A DNA stretch of 64,000 nt from an uncultured Clostridium sp. (lineage in GTDB: Bacteria; Bacillota_I; Bacilli_A; RF39; UBA660), in assembly GCA_902493795.1 (NCBI GenBank), contig CABUQZ010000001.1, forward strand, positions 38,697 through 102,696, given 5' to 3'. The notes under the pieces are model-generated. The model was not told the DNA's origin and did not search any database. It saw only the letters and a program-made list of their open reading frames with translations. Shown here piece by piece: positions 38,826 to 49,585 of this stretch. Position numbers and translations under genes: made by a program. Within the stretch, counting starts at the first letter, position 1; each line of letters starts with the position of its first letter.

Positions 38826-40208
38826 ATGAACAACAATTCTATACTTTGGACAAAGATTCTTGAAAAGATCAAAAGTGAAATCAATTCTTTATCTTTTCAA
38901 ACATGGTTTGAAGAAACCACTTTGTACGATTTTAGTAACGGAGTAGCGAAGATAATTGTTCCTTATGCATTACACAAGGACCACTTAGCAAATAACTACA
39001 AAAAGCTTATAACTTCATGTTTTATTGAAGAAATAGGGGAACCAGTTGAACTTGAATTCCTAATCCAAGAGGAAATAGAAGAGCAAGATGAACTCCTAAA
39101 TGAACCAGAAATAAAGTTAGATTTTAATGACAATATATATAAGGATGTCAAAGATACTAATTTTGAATCACATTTGGATAAAAAATACACATTCGAAAAC
39201 TTTGTAGTAGGAAATACTAACAAATTTGCCCATGCAGCAGCACTTGCAGTAGCAGAAAAACCTGGAACTATGTATAATCCTCTGTTTATATATGGAAATA
39301 GTGGGTTAGGGAAGACCCATTTGATGCATGCAATAGGAAATTACATAGAAAAGAACTCAAATAAAAAAGTTTTATATATAACAAGTGAGACTTTTGTAAA
39401 TGATTTCATTGAAATTACAAGGAAAAAAGAAGAAAAAAGTAATTTTGAAAACATTGATTTCTTTAAGAAAAAATATAGAGATATAGATGTTCTAATTGTT
39501 GATGATATTCAGTTTTTAGCTAAAAAGAATGAATCTCAAAAAGAATTTTTCCATACATTTAACAACTTATATGGTGATGATAAACAAATAATCATATCTT
39601 CAGATAGATCGCCAAATGACTTGAAAATATTTGAGGATAGGTTAAGAACAAGATTCAATTGGGGATTACCAGTTAATATTTATCCACCAGATTTTGACTT
39701 AAAAGTTGCTATATTAAAGAAAAGAATAGCAGCAGAAGCCATGAATACTGATATACCTGATAATGTTATAGAATATATGGCATCAAATATAGGAACAGAC
39801 ATAAGAAGTTTGGAAGCTAGTCTGAATAGATTGTTTGCATATTCAACAATGATGGGAGCAGATATAACACTAGATTTAGCAATAGAAGCCCTAAAAGACT
39901 ATATAAATGCTGGATTTAGTGAAAAAAATGACGTAGGAAAAATCCAAAAATTAGTAGCAGATTACTTTAAAGTATCAATTGATGACCTAAAATCTAAGAA
40001 AAGAAACGCTGATTTAGCATTTCCAAGACAAATTGCTATGTATCTCTGTAGAAAACATACTGATGAATCTTTTCCTAAGATAGGGCTAGAGTTTGGTGGA
40101 AAAGACCATACAACTGTTATGCACTCTTGTTACAAGATAGAAAAAGAGATAAAAAATAACAAAAATTTAGCTGAAGAAATTGATAAACTTGAAAAAGAAT
40201 TACATTAA
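38826..40208 (+). CDS. dnaA: Chromosomal replication initiator DnaA
   Basis: GNSGLGKTHLMHAIGN ... C-terminal DNA-binding domain. Confidence 0.97.
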   Translation: MNNNSILWTKILEKIKSEINSLSFQTWFEETTLYDFSNGVAKIIVPYALHKDHLANNYKKLITSCFIEEIGEPVELEFLIQEEIEEQDELLNEPEIKLDFNDNIYKDVKDTNFESHLDKKYTFENFVVGNTNKFAHAAALAVAEKPGTMYNPLFIYGNSGLGKTHLMHAIGNYIEKNSNKKVLYITSETFVNDFIEITRKKEEKSNFENIDFFKKKYRDIDVLIVDDIQFLAKKNESQKEFFHTFNNLYGDDKQIIISSDRSPNDLKIFEDRLRTRFNWGLPVNIYPPDFDLKVAILKKRIAAEAMNTDIPDNVIEYMASNIGTDIRSLEASLNRLFAYSTMMGADITLDLAIEALKDYINAGFSEKNDVGKIQKLVADYFKVSIDDLKSKKRNADLAFPRQIAMYLCRKHTDESFPKIGLEFGGKDHTTVMHSCYKIEKEIKNNKNLAEEIDKLEKELH

Positions 40209-40337
40209 TTAACAAGTTATCAACAAGAATGTTAATAAAAAAATTGCTAAAATGTCGTAAAATCAAGAATTTTGAAAGTTATACACAATATTCACTTCAA
40301 TAATATAAATAATATATAAAAAGAAAGAGGTAATAAT
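40209..40337. promoter_or_regulatory. dnaA-dnaN intergenic region (incC-like): two degenerate DnaA boxes plus an AT-rich unwinding-element candidate
   Basis: TTATCAACA, TTATACACA, then aataatataaataatatataaaaag. Confidence 0.5.
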
Positions 40338-41468
40338 ATGAAATTAAAAATAAAAAAAGATTTATTATTAGAAAATTTAAACAAAGTATCAAAAGCAATA
40401 TCAACAAAAAATTTAATACCAACTTTAGCAGGAATAAAGTTTGATCTTACAAAACAAGGATTAACTTTAACAGCATCTAATAATGATATTACAATCCAAA
40501 AATTTATTAAAATAGAAAAAGATAACATAAATGTGGATAAAGAAGGAGTAGCAATACTTCAAGGAAAAGATATATTAGATATAGTAAGAGTAATTCCTGA
40601 AGAAGAGATTAACATAGAAGTATTTGATGAATCAAAAGTACTAATATATACAGATGATGAAAAAATAAAATATGACTTAAATGTTATTAATAAAAATGAT
40701 TATCCTAATGTTGATTTAGAAAAAAGTGACAATTATATCACAATATCTGCAAAAAACTTACTTGATATAGTAAGAGAAACAGCATTTGCAACTTCAAGTG
40801 ATGAATCACGTCCTGTTCTTACAGGTATAAGCTTCAAAATTAATGGAGATTTACTTGAGTGTATAGCAACAGATTCTTATAGATTATCAAGAAAGAATTT
40901 AAGATTAGACAAAGCTGTTGAAGAAAACTACAATATTATAATTCCAGGAAAAAATATAATTGAATTTTCAAGAATAATAGATAGTAATGAAACAGAAGTC
41001 AAAATGCATATATTTAACAATAAAGTATTATTTGAAAATGAAGATTTACTATTCCAATCTAGATTAATAAGTGGAAATTATCCACCAACATCTAAATCTA
41101 TACCAGAAGAATTTAATTTAACTATTAAGGCTAATTTATCACAATTATATAATGTTATTGAACAAGCAAGTATTTTAACAACAGATAAAGAAAAAAATAT
41201 CGTTTCATTATCAACTAAAGACAACTTATTAACAGTAAAATCAGTTTCTAATGAAAAGGGAAAAGCTGAAATGAAAATGAATATAGAAAAAAATAACAAC
41301 GAAGAAATAACAATTGCTTTCAGTGCAAAATATATGATGGAAGCTTTAAACGCTTTATCAACAGAAGAAGTGGAAATGTCTTTTGTAGGAGAAGTAAAGC
41401 CTATAGTTATCAAGAATAACGTTGATGATGGATTACTTCAATTAGTAGTACCAATAAGAACATATTAA
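40338..41468 (+). CDS. dnaN: DNA polymerase III beta sliding clamp
   Basis: 376 aa three-domain beta clamp; synteny after dnaA. Confidence 0.95.
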   Translation: MKLKIKKDLLLENLNKVSKAISTKNLIPTLAGIKFDLTKQGLTLTASNNDITIQKFIKIEKDNINVDKEGVAILQGKDILDIVRVIPEEEINIEVFDESKVLIYTDDEKIKYDLNVINKNDYPNVDLEKSDNYITISAKNLLDIVRETAFATSSDESRPVLTGISFKINGDLLECIATDSYRLSRKNLRLDKAVEENYNIIIPGKNIIEFSRIIDSNETEVKMHIFNNKVLFENEDLLFQSRLISGNYPPTSKSIPEEFNLTIKANLSQLYNVIEQASILTTDKEKNIVSLSTKDNLLTVKSVSNEKGKAEMKMNIEKNNNEEITIAFSAKYMMEALNALSTEEVEMSFVGEVKPIVIKNNVDDGLLQLVVPIRTY

Positions 41469-41545
41469 TTACAATTTATTAGATAATTCGACAAATTATT
41501 ACAAACAAGGATGTTAATATATACCTCGTTCAAAGGGGGATATAT

Positions 41546-42004
41546 ATGAACAATTATGAAATTAATGAAGATACGTATGCAATTATTTCACAGAATAGTG
41601 GAAAAACAAGAATAGTAGAAAGAAAATATGAGTTAGATGTGGAAAAAAATGCATACGAAATTATGGATGAAAGCTGTAAATACTATGGAAGTAGCTATAA
41701 GGGTAGAATAGAAGCTGCTAAAGATATTTTAAATTGTAGCTATAAACTGCCAATACTAGTAGAGGAGAGTAGTGCATTAATATTTTTTCCAATTAAGTCT
41801 TCTTTATTAGAAGATTGCTGTTGGATTAATCTTAATAGCATTGATAATATTGAAAAACAGAATAATAAATCTATTGTGACATTTAAAAATGGTAAAAAAG
41901 TGACCTTTGATATTTCTAAACTTTCACTAGAAAATCAAATTTATAGATCATCTAAATTAGAGTCAATAATTTATAAAAGAAAAAGTGCAAAAAAAAGGGA
42001 TTAA
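41546..42004 (+). CDS. comK: ComK-family competence transcription factor homolog
   Basis: SCKYYGSSYKGR, KLPILVEESSALIFFPIKS, CCWINL, VTFKNGKKVTFDISKLSLENQIYRSSKL align with conserved blocks of B. subtilis ComK. Confidence 0.7.
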   Translation: MNNYEINEDTYAIISQNSGKTRIVERKYELDVEKNAYEIMDESCKYYGSSYKGRIEAAKDILNCSYKLPILVEESSALIFFPIKSSLLEDCCWINLNSIDNIEKQNNKSIVTFKNGKKVTFDISKLSLENQIYRSSKLESIIYKRKSAKKRD

Positions 42005-42101
42005 TTCCTTTTTTTTATTGGTTTTAGCCTCAAATTATGATATAATTATATTGTCTGTACAGGAATACCTAATATGGGGTAAGGTGAGAATATGAGCATT
42101 T

Positions 42102-43241
42102 TTGAGAGAAAAAATGATAGTTAAGAAAATTAGCTTAATAAATTTTAGAAATTTAATAAAACAAACAGTAACATTTTCAAAACATGCAAATGTTTTTATA
42201 GGAGATAATGCTCAAGGAAAGACAAATCTATTAGAAAGTATTTATTTTTTAGCTTTAACTAAATCATATAAAACAATAGATGCTAATTTAATAAATAAAG
42301 ATAAAACTTTTACTAAAGTTAAAGCAGAAATAAGAGATGAAAATATTTTTAAAAGTTTATCTGTTGAATTAAATGAGTCTAAAAAGATAGTTAAAGTAAA
42401 TAATAACGAAATTAGTAGAATTTCTGATTATATAACAAACCTTAATGTAATATTAGTATGTCCTGAAGATATAAATATTTTAGAAGGAGCACCTGCAGAA
42501 CGTAGAAACTTTTTAAATATTGAATTGAGTCAGTTATCAACAAATTATATTAAAAAGTATAACGAATTTAATAAGATATTAAAAATAAGAAATAACTACC
42601 TAAAAATGTTATCTCATAACGCTAATTCTGACCAAAGATACCTTGATAGCTTAACAGAGAATCTAATTGAAAGAGAGATAAGTATTTACCAGGAAAGAAA
42701 AAAATTTATTGATTTAATTAATTCAAATATAGCAGAAATTTATAAGGACATCATTGGAATAGATAATTTTAAAATTGTTTATGAAACAAACGTCGAATTT
42801 GATAATTATGAGACAGAACATTTAAAAGAAAGATTAATAAAAAAATATAAGACAAATTTAAAAAGAGAGATTGAAAATGGTATGACACTATATGGTCCTC
42901 ATAGAGATGACTTACATTTTTTTATTGATGATGATGATATAAAGTTATATGGATCACAGGGGCAGCAAAAAGTAGCTATAATAGCTCTTAAATTAGCAGA
43001 AATACCAATATTTAAGAATTTAACTACTACATATCCTATAATGTTATTAGATGATATTTTTAGTGAACTTGATGTAAAAACAAGGAATAAATTAATAAAT
43101 TATATTCCTGAAGATATTCAAGTAATAATAACATCTAATGATACAAGAGGTATAAATAAAAAATTTTTAGACTCTGCAAAGATATTTAAAGTAGTAAGAG
43201 GAAATATAATAGAAAAGGTGGGAAATAACAATGGAAAATGA
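42102..43241 (+). CDS. recF: DNA replication and repair protein RecF
   Basis: Walker [13 protein letters not shown] and signature LYGSQGQQK. An alternative start lies at 42114. Confidence 0.95.
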   Translation: MREKMIVKKISLINFRNLIKQTVTFSKHANVFIGDNAQGKTNLLESIYFLALTKSYKTIDANLINKDKTFTKVKAEIRDENIFKSLSVELNESKKIVKVNNNEISRISDYITNLNVILVCPEDINILEGAPAERRNFLNIELSQLSTNYIKKYNEFNKILKIRNNYLKMLSHNANSDQRYLDSLTENLIEREISIYQERKKFIDLINSNIAEIYKDIIGIDNFKIVYETNVEFDNYETEHLKERLIKKYKTNLKREIENGMTLYGPHRDDLHFFIDDDDIKLYGSQGQQKVAIIALKLAEIPIFKNLTTTYPIMLLDDIFSELDVKTRNKLINYIPEDIQVIITSNDTRGINKKFLDSAKIFKVVRGNIIEKVGNNNGK

Positions 43242-45153
43242 AAATTATGATTCTTCTTCGATACAAGTTTTAGAAGGACTAGAAGCTGTTAGAAAAAGAC
43301 CAGGAATGTACATAGGTACAACAGATGTTAAAGGATTACATCATCTTGTATGGGAAATTGTCGATAATTCAATTGATGAAGCTATGGCAGGATTCTGTAA
43401 GAATATTGAAGTAGTTATTAATAAAGACAATTCAATAACAGTAAAAGATGACGGACGTGGAATACCAGTAGATGTGCATCCTAAAACTAAAAAATCCACA
43501 GTAGAAACAGTATATACAATACTACATGCTGGAGGAAAATTTGGTGGAGGAGGATACAAGGTATCTGGAGGACTTCATGGTGTAGGAGCATCAGTTGTAA
43601 ACGCTTTATCAAAATGGCTTGAAGTAAAAGTATATAAAAATGGAAAAGTACATTTTATTAGATTTGAAAATGGTGGACATGCAGTCGAACCTCTTAAAAT
43701 AATAGGGGATTGCGAAGAAAATAGAACAGGAACAACAGTAACTTTTAAACCAGATCCTGAAATCTTTGATACAGATATCTATGACTACAACACATTAATG
43801 GTGAGAATAAGAGAGCTAGCATTCTTAAATAAAGGTTTATCTATTAATTTAAGAGATGATAGAGATGACGAAGATACAACAGGTCAAACATTCTTATATG
43901 ATGGTGGAATAAGTGAATATGTTAAGTTTATTAACACCGGAAAGACACCAGTACATGAAGATATTATTCACTTAGATGGTGAAGAAGATAGTGTTTTCTT
44001 TGAAGTAGCACTACAATATAACACTGGATATAATGAAAACATCTATTCATTTGTTAATAATATTAATACACATGATGGTGGAACGCATGAAGAAGGTGTA
44101 AGACGTGCTTTAACAAGAGTTATAAATAATTATGCTAGAAAATATAATTTGTTAAAAGAAAAAGATGAACCACTTACAGGAGACGATGTTAAAGAAGGTT
44201 TAACAATGATTGTATCTTGTAAGCATCCAAATCCTCAATTTGAAGGTCAAACAAAAGGAAGATTAGGTAACTCAGAAGTAAGAAAACTTGCTGATAATGT
44301 ATTTTCTGAAGGATTTGAAAGATTCCTATTAGAAAATCCAGATGATGCTAAGGCAATAGTAAATAAAGCAATACTTGCCTGTCATGCTAGAAATGCAGCA
44401 AAAAGAGCAAGAGAAATAACAAGAAAAAGTGACCTTGCAACAACTAATTTCTTTGGAAAATTATCAGATTGTAAAAGTAAAGATCCAAAAGTTTCAGAAA
44501 TATTTATAGTCGAGGGAGATTCAGCTGGAGGATCAGCTAAAAAAGAAAGAGATTCAATGACTCAAGCAATACTTCCATTAAGAGGAAAAATACTTAATGT
44601 TGAAAAGGCAAGAGTAGATAAAGCATTATCAAATGAAGAAATAAGAACGATAATTACAGCATTTGGTACTGGTATAGGTGATGAATTCGATTTAAGTAAA
44701 TTAAGATATGACAAAATTATAATAATGACCGACGCCGATGTTGATGGTTCTCACATAAGAGTACTTCTATTAACACTATTTTATAGATTCTTTAAACCAA
44801 TAGTAGAGGCAGGACATGTATATGCAGCACAACCTCCATTATTTAGAATTACACATGGAAAAATAAGAAAATATGTACTAAATGAAGAAGAACTTGATAA
44901 ATATTTAAATACTCTTCCTGAAAACGTAAGAAGCAAAGCAGAAATTGCCAGAATGAAAGGTTTAGGAGAGATGGACGCTGATGAATTAAATGAAACAACT
45001 ATGGATATTGAAAAGCGTGTATTAAGAAAGATAAATGTTGATGATTGTGTAGCAGCAGATGCAATATTCGAAAAATTAATGGGTGATGAAGTTGAACCAA
45101 GAAGAAAATTTATCGAAGAAAATGCTGGATACGTACAAAATCTAGATATTTAG
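43231..45153 (+). CDS. gyrB: DNA gyrase subunit B
   Basis: GHKL ATPase domain, Toprim [19 protein letters not shown]. Confidence 0.97.
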   Translation: MENENYDSSSIQVLEGLEAVRKRPGMYIGTTDVKGLHHLVWEIVDNSIDEAMAGFCKNIEVVINKDNSITVKDDGRGIPVDVHPKTKKSTVETVYTILHAGGKFGGGGYKVSGGLHGVGASVVNALSKWLEVKVYKNGKVHFIRFENGGHAVEPLKIIGDCEENRTGTTVTFKPDPEIFDTDIYDYNTLMVRIRELAFLNKGLSINLRDDRDDEDTTGQTFLYDGGISEYVKFINTGKTPVHEDIIHLDGEEDSVFFEVALQYNTGYNENIYSFVNNINTHDGGTHEEGVRRALTRVINNYARKYNLLKEKDEPLTGDDVKEGLTMIVSCKHPNPQFEGQTKGRLGNSEVRKLADNVFSEGFERFLLENPDDAKAIVNKAILACHARNAAKRAREITRKSDLATTNFFGKLSDCKSKDPKVSEIFIVEGDSAGGSAKKERDSMTQAILPLRGKILNVEKARVDKALSNEEIRTIITAFGTGIGDEFDLSKLRYDKIIIMTDADVDGSHIRVLLLTLFYRFFKPIVEAGHVYAAQPPLFRITHGKIRKYVLNEEELDKYLNTLPENVRSKAEIARMKGLGEMDADELNETTMDIEKRVLRKINVDDCVAADAIFEKLMGDEVEPRRKFIEENAGYVQNLDI

Positions 45154-45165
45154 GAGGTGAGTTGA

Positions 45166-47763
45166 ATGGAAAACGAAGAAAATGAAAACAAAAATGAAGA
45201 GTTTGATGAAGCTCTAGAGAAAGTTGAAATAGATAATGCAAATTTTGCTGGATATTTCCATGAAAGAGATAGCCTAGCAGAAAACAACATTGTGGATGAA
45301 GTTAAAACATCATTTTTGGAATACTCAATGAGTGTAATTGCTTCTCGTGCTTTACCAGACTTAAGAGACGGTCTAAAACCCGTTCACAGACGTATTTTAT
45401 GGTCAATGTATGAATCAGGTTATACTCCAGATAAACCTCACAGAAAGAGCGCAAAAACAGTTGGAGAAGTTATGGGTAATTACCACCCACATGGAGATTC
45501 ATCAATTTATGAAGCAATGGTAAGAATGGCTCAAGATTTTAACCAAAGATATATGTTAATCGATGGACATGGAAACTTTGGTAATATCGATGGTGATGGA
45601 GCAGCAGCAATGCGTTATACTGAGTCAAGATTATCAAAGATATCACTTGAATTACTAAGAGATATTAATAAAAATACAGTTGATATGGATGATAACTTTG
45701 ATGTTACAAGAAAAGAACCTAAAGTCCTACCTGGAAGATTTCCAAATGTTTTAGTTAATGGAGCAATGGGAATAGCAGTAGGTATGGCTACAAATATTCC
45801 ACCACATAATTTAGGTGAAGTAATAGATGGTTGTGTTGCCTATATTGATAACCCAGATATTGATACTTTAGGACTTATGCATTATATCAAAGGACCTGAT
45901 TTTCCAACTGGTGGAACTATTTTAGGAAACTCTGGTATCAAACAAGCGTACGATACAGGAAAAGGAACAATAACTATACGCAGTAAAGCTGAAATAGAAG
46001 ATCATGGATCACATAGTTGTATAGTATTTTCTGAAGTACCATATGGAGTTAATACTATGGAGCTTAAGAATAAAGTTGCAGAACTTGTTCATAACAAAAC
46101 TCTAGATGGCATCGCAGATTATCACACAGATTTAAAAAATGGTATAAAAATAACAATTACATTAAAGAAAGATGCTAATCCGCAAGTTGTATTAAATAAC
46201 TTATATAAACACACTAATTTTCAAGTAACTTATGGAATAATAATGTTAGTACTTGATGGATTAACACCAAAAACATTGGGATTAAAATCAATTATTTCTA
46301 AATATATTGATTTCCAAAAAGAAGTAATAATTAGAAGAACTAAATTTGATCTTGAAAAAGACGAAAAAAGAGTACATATCCTAGAAGGATTTAAAATAGC
46401 ACTAGATAATATCGATGAAGTAGTTAAGATAATAAGAAATGCTGAAACTGATACAGAAGCTAAGAATAAATTGATGGAACGCTTCTCATTATCTGAAATT
46501 CAGTCAGATGCAATATTAGAGTTGAAATTAAGAAGATTAACAGGACTAGAAAGAGACAAGATTGAAGCTGAATTAAAGGCTTTACTTGCTGAAATAGAAG
46601 AGTTAAAATCTATTCTTGCTTATGAAAAGAAAGTACTAGAAATAATTAAGAAAGAAATGTTAGATATTAAATCTAAGTATTCTGATGAAAGAAGAACTAC
46701 TATAGATATGACAGCAGTAGATTACATCGAAGATGAATCATTAATTCCTGTTGAAAATATCTTAATTGCCTTAACTAATAAGGGATACATAAAAAGAGTA
46801 CCAAACGATACATTTAAGGCTCAAAATCGTGGTGGAGTAGGAATAAAAGGAATGTCAACTAACGAAGAAGATTTCCCTGAAAAACTTATTTCAATGAAGA
46901 CACATGATTATATATTAATGTTTAGTAATCTAGGTAAGGTATATAGAATGAAAGGATACGAAGTACCTGAGTATTCAAGACAAGCTAAAGGATTACCAAT
47001 AATTAATTTATTACCATTAGAAAAAGGAGAGAAAATAACATCTGTAGTTACACTAAAAGCAGAAAAAGATAACTCTTATTTAACTTTTGTAACTAAAAAA
47101 GGATTAATAAAGAGAACTGCTAGAGAAGAATTTGATACAATAAGATCTAATGGAAAGAAAGCTATTGTATTAAAAGAAGATGACGAATTAATAGCAGTAA
47201 AAAGAACAGATGGATCAAAAGAAATAGTAATTGGTGCAAGTAATGGTAAAGTAGTAAGATTTAATGAAACAGAAGTTCGTGTAATGGGAAGAGGAAGTTC
47301 TGGAGTAAGAGGAATCGAACTAATGGATGATGAACAAGTAGTAGGAGCAGAAGTTGTTGAAAAAGATGCTGAAGTTCTTATAGTAACAGAAAAAGGATAT
47401 GGAAAGAAAACACCAATTGAAGAATATAGATTAACTCATAGAGGAAGTAAAGGTGTTAAAACTCTAAATATTACTGATAAAAATGGAAAACTTGTTTCAT
47501 TAAGAACAGTAAATGGAACTGAAGATTTGATTATAATAACTGATAGTGGTATGACAATAAGAATTAATCTATCCCAAATATCAACATTAAGTAGAAATAC
47601 TCAAGGAGTAAGATTAATTAATCTAAAAGACGAACAAAAGGTATCTACAACAGCAATAATAGAAAAAGAAGAAAACGAAGAACAATTAGAGACTGAATCA
47701 GAAATAGAACAAAATATCGAATCTAATGAAGAAAATACTGTGGAAAAAAGTGAAGAAAATTAA
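45166..47763 (+). CDS. gyrA: DNA gyrase subunit A
   Basis: AMRYTE active-site Tyr region, C-terminal beta-pinwheel repeats and an acidic tail. Confidence 0.97.
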   Translation: MENEENENKNEEFDEALEKVEIDNANFAGYFHERDSLAENNIVDEVKTSFLEYSMSVIASRALPDLRDGLKPVHRRILWSMYESGYTPDKPHRKSAKTVGEVMGNYHPHGDSSIYEAMVRMAQDFNQRYMLIDGHGNFGNIDGDGAAAMRYTESRLSKISLELLRDINKNTVDMDDNFDVTRKEPKVLPGRFPNVLVNGAMGIAVGMATNIPPHNLGEVIDGCVAYIDNPDIDTLGLMHYIKGPDFPTGGTILGNSGIKQAYDTGKGTITIRSKAEIEDHGSHSCIVFSEVPYGVNTMELKNKVAELVHNKTLDGIADYHTDLKNGIKITITLKKDANPQVVLNNLYKHTNFQVTYGIIMLVLDGLTPKTLGLKSIISKYIDFQKEVIIRRTKFDLEKDEKRVHILEGFKIALDNIDEVVKIIRNAETDTEAKNKLMERFSLSEIQSDAILELKLRRLTGLERDKIEAELKALLAEIEELKSILAYEKKVLEIIKKEMLDIKSKYSDERRTTIDMTAVDYIEDESLIPVENILIALTNKGYIKRVPNDTFKAQNRGGVGIKGMSTNEEDFPEKLISMKTHDYILMFSNLGKVYRMKGYEVPEYSRQAKGLPIINLLPLEKGEKITSVVTLKAEKDNSYLTFVTKKGLIKRTAREEFDTIRSNGKKAIVLKEDDELIAVKRTDGSKEIVIGASNGKVVRFNETEVRVMGRGSSGVRGIELMDDEQVVGAEVVEKDAEVLIVTEKGYGKKTPIEEYRLTHRGSKGVKTLNITDKNGKLVSLRTVNGTEDLIIITDSGMTIRINLSQISTLSRNTQGVRLINLKDEQKVSTTAIIEKEENEEQLETESEIEQNIESNEENTVEKSEEN

Positions 47764-47804
47764 TAATTTAGTTGTAATTTATTAATTAATATAGTAAAAT
47801 TTAA

Positions 47805-47892
47805 TTGATGCAATAAGTACGGCAGAACTAGGTCAGGACAGGAATGTAGCAGCCTTAATGCTTATAAAAATTTGTACTTATGTGCATCATTT
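47805..47892 (+). ncRNA. ffs: Signal recognition particle RNA (small 4.5S-type)
   Basis: Domain IV motif AGGUCAGG-ACA-GGAA-UGU-AGCAGCC closes a GGAA tetraloop. The 5' segment GATGCAATAAGTAC pairs with the 3' segment GTACTTATGTGCATC. A tadA-scr-dnaX neighbourhood is known from Bacillus. Confidence 0.7.
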
Positions 47893-47913
47893 TTTTTGGA
47901 GTTGTGGAAGTAT

Positions 47914-48336
47914 ATGATCAAAGATGATTTATATTATATGAATCAAGCCTATAATGAAGCATTAAAGGCCTATGATAAAAATGAAATTCCAGTAGGAGCT
48001 GTAATTGTATGTAATGGAAAAATTATAGCAAGAGGACATAATTTAAGAGATTCGAGCAATATTGTGACAAAACATGCAGAAATCATAGCAATAGAAAAAG
48101 CAAATAAAAAGAAAAAAAACTGGAGATTAATAGATTGCATTCTATATACTACATTAGAGCCATGTAATATGTGCAAAGAGGTAATAAAAGAAACAAAAAT
48201 AAACAAAGTTATCTACGGAGCAAGTGGTAAAAATCCAAGTAAAGAGGAAAAAATAATTCAAATTAAAGATCAAAATATAATAGCACAGTGTGAGAATATT
48301 ATTTGTAAAATGTTCAAAAATATAAGAGAAAAGTAA
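47914..48336 (+). CDS. tadA: tRNA-specific adenosine deaminase TadA
   Basis: HAEIIAIEKA ... TLEPCNMCKEVI zinc-binding motifs. Start placed at MIKDD to avoid overlapping ffs (the tracked ORF starts at 47872). Confidence 0.85.
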   Translation: MIKDDLYYMNQAYNEALKAYDKNEIPVGAVIVCNGKIIARGHNLRDSSNIVTKHAEIIAIEKANKKKKNWRLIDCILYTTLEPCNMCKEVIKETKINKVIYGASGKNPSKEEKIIQIKDQNIIAQCENIICKMFKNIREK

Positions 48337-48346
48337 TATAAAAAAT

Positions 48347-48372
48347 TGTGGATAAAAGTTTCACGTGAAACG
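48347..48372 (+). promoter_or_regulatory. Composite element 1: DnaA box TGTGGATAA (48347-48355) abutting parS-like AGTTTCACGTGAAACG (14/16)
   Basis: Direct sequence match; 1-nt gap. Confidence 0.7.
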
Positions 48373-48465
48373 AAGTAAAAAAAATCTACGTAATAATTCC
48401 AATAATAGATTATTTATTGGAATTTTTTTTTGAAAATATTTCCTTATTACATTTTTTATTTAAAT

Positions 48466-48850
48466 ATATTATTTCTTGGGAAATATTCTATAAATTATTT
48501 CCCAAAGACCATAGATAGTAAAAATATATTTCCCGAGAAATATTTATATATAATTATTATCTTAATATATTAGTTGTTAAAAAAAATATTTCCTGGGAAA
48601 TATTCGATAAATTATTTCCCAAAAACTATAAATAGTAAAAAATATATTTCCCGGGAAATAATTATATGTAATTATTATCCAATATAATAGTTGTTGAAAA
48701 AAAATTTTTCCCAGGAAATATTCTATAAATTATTTCCCAAAAACTATAAATAGTAAAAAATATATTTCCCGGGAAATAATTATATGTAATTATTATCCAA
48801 TACAATAGTTGTTGAAAAAAAATATTTCCTAGGAATTATATAAATATTTT
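48466..48850. repeat. About 3.2 tandem copies of a 119-bp repeat, each carrying two Noc-binding-site-like palindromes
   Basis: Unit starts at about 48466, 48586, 48704 and 48823. Perfect ATTTCCCGGGAAAT at 48646-48659 and 48764-48777. Variants with 1-3 mismatches: ATTTCTTGGGAAAT (48471), ATTTCCCGAGAAAT (48528), ATTTCCTGGGAAAT (48588), TTTTCCCAGGAAAT (48706), ATTTCCTAGGAATT (48825). Confidence 0.85.
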
Positions 48851-49135
48851 ATATAAAGTATTAATTAAAGAATAGTGATTGCAATTTTATTTTAAGAATA
48901 ATCTTTTTATATTATATAAGATTATTTTTATTTGTGGAAAAAGAAATATATAGTTTTAATAATAAAGAAAATAAACGAAGAAAAAATATTTAATAATAAA
49001 CATATTTTATAAAAAATAAATTTTGTATATGCATCTTGTTGATAAAAGTTATAAGTGGCAAAAGAGAAGAAAATATAAATGAAAAAATGGTAAAACGAAG
49101 AAAAAAAGATTAATTTATTAAATACAAACAGTTTA

Positions 49136-49161
49136 TGTGGATAAATGTTTCACGTGAAACA
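49136..49161 (+). promoter_or_regulatory. Composite element 2: perfect DnaA box TGTGGATAA plus perfect parS TGTTTCACGTGAAACA (49146-49161)
   Basis: 16/16 match to the Bacillus-type parS consensus TGTTNCACGTGAAACA. Confidence 0.85.
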
Positions 49162-49250
49162 TAATAATAATCTGGAAAAAGGAAGTAATAAACAAAATAG
49201 GTGAAAAACAGAACGGAGAATAAGATATTGATGAATAAATTAAGAAATCA

Positions 49251-49275
49251 AAAGGATAAAGTTTCATGTGAAACT
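49251..49275 (+). promoter_or_regulatory. Composite element 3 (degenerate): AAAGGATAA plus AGTTTCATGTGAAACT (13/16)
   Basis: Same architecture as the other units, with mismatches. Confidence 0.45.
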
Positions 49276-49375
49276 ATTGATAGTGGAAAAAGATATTATA
49301 TAGAATAAAAAAGAAAGTAAAACGGAGAAAAAAAGTTTTATATATAACATTTAAGAAAAATAATATGAACATTTT

Positions 49376-49400
49376 TGTGAATAATGTTTCACGTGAAACA
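49376..49400 (+). promoter_or_regulatory. Composite element 4: DnaA box TGTGAATAA plus perfect parS TGTTTCACGTGAAACA (49385-49400)
   Basis: 16/16 parS; the box has one mismatch. Confidence 0.85.
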
Positions 49401-49488
49401 TAAAACTTAGTGGAAAATATAAAAAATATTAATAATTTGATATGATTATAATTGTGACTAAATGCTTTATGTATCAAAATTTCTAGAT

Positions 49489-49513
49489 TGTGGAAAAAGT
49501 TTCACGTGAAACA
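49489..49513 (+). promoter_or_regulatory. Composite element 5: DnaA box TGTGGAAAA plus parS AGTTTCACGTGAAACA (15/16)
   Basis: Direct sequence match. Confidence 0.75.
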
Positions 49514-49585
49514 TTATAAATAAAATGTAGAATATAACTTATAAATAATATTTTAAATAATAATGTAATAAAAACGGTTGTGCTT

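Noticed and set aside
38606-38884. 92-aa minus-strand ORF in the rpmH-dnaA gap
   Set aside because: It overlaps the DnaA-box cluster and the dnaA start, has no RBS and is low complexity. It is a spurious frame in AT-rich DNA.
48466-48850. Regularly spaced repeats that might be a CRISPR array
   Set aside because: The units are 119 bp head-to-tail with no unique spacers and no cas genes nearby. Their palindromes match the Noc-binding sequence instead.
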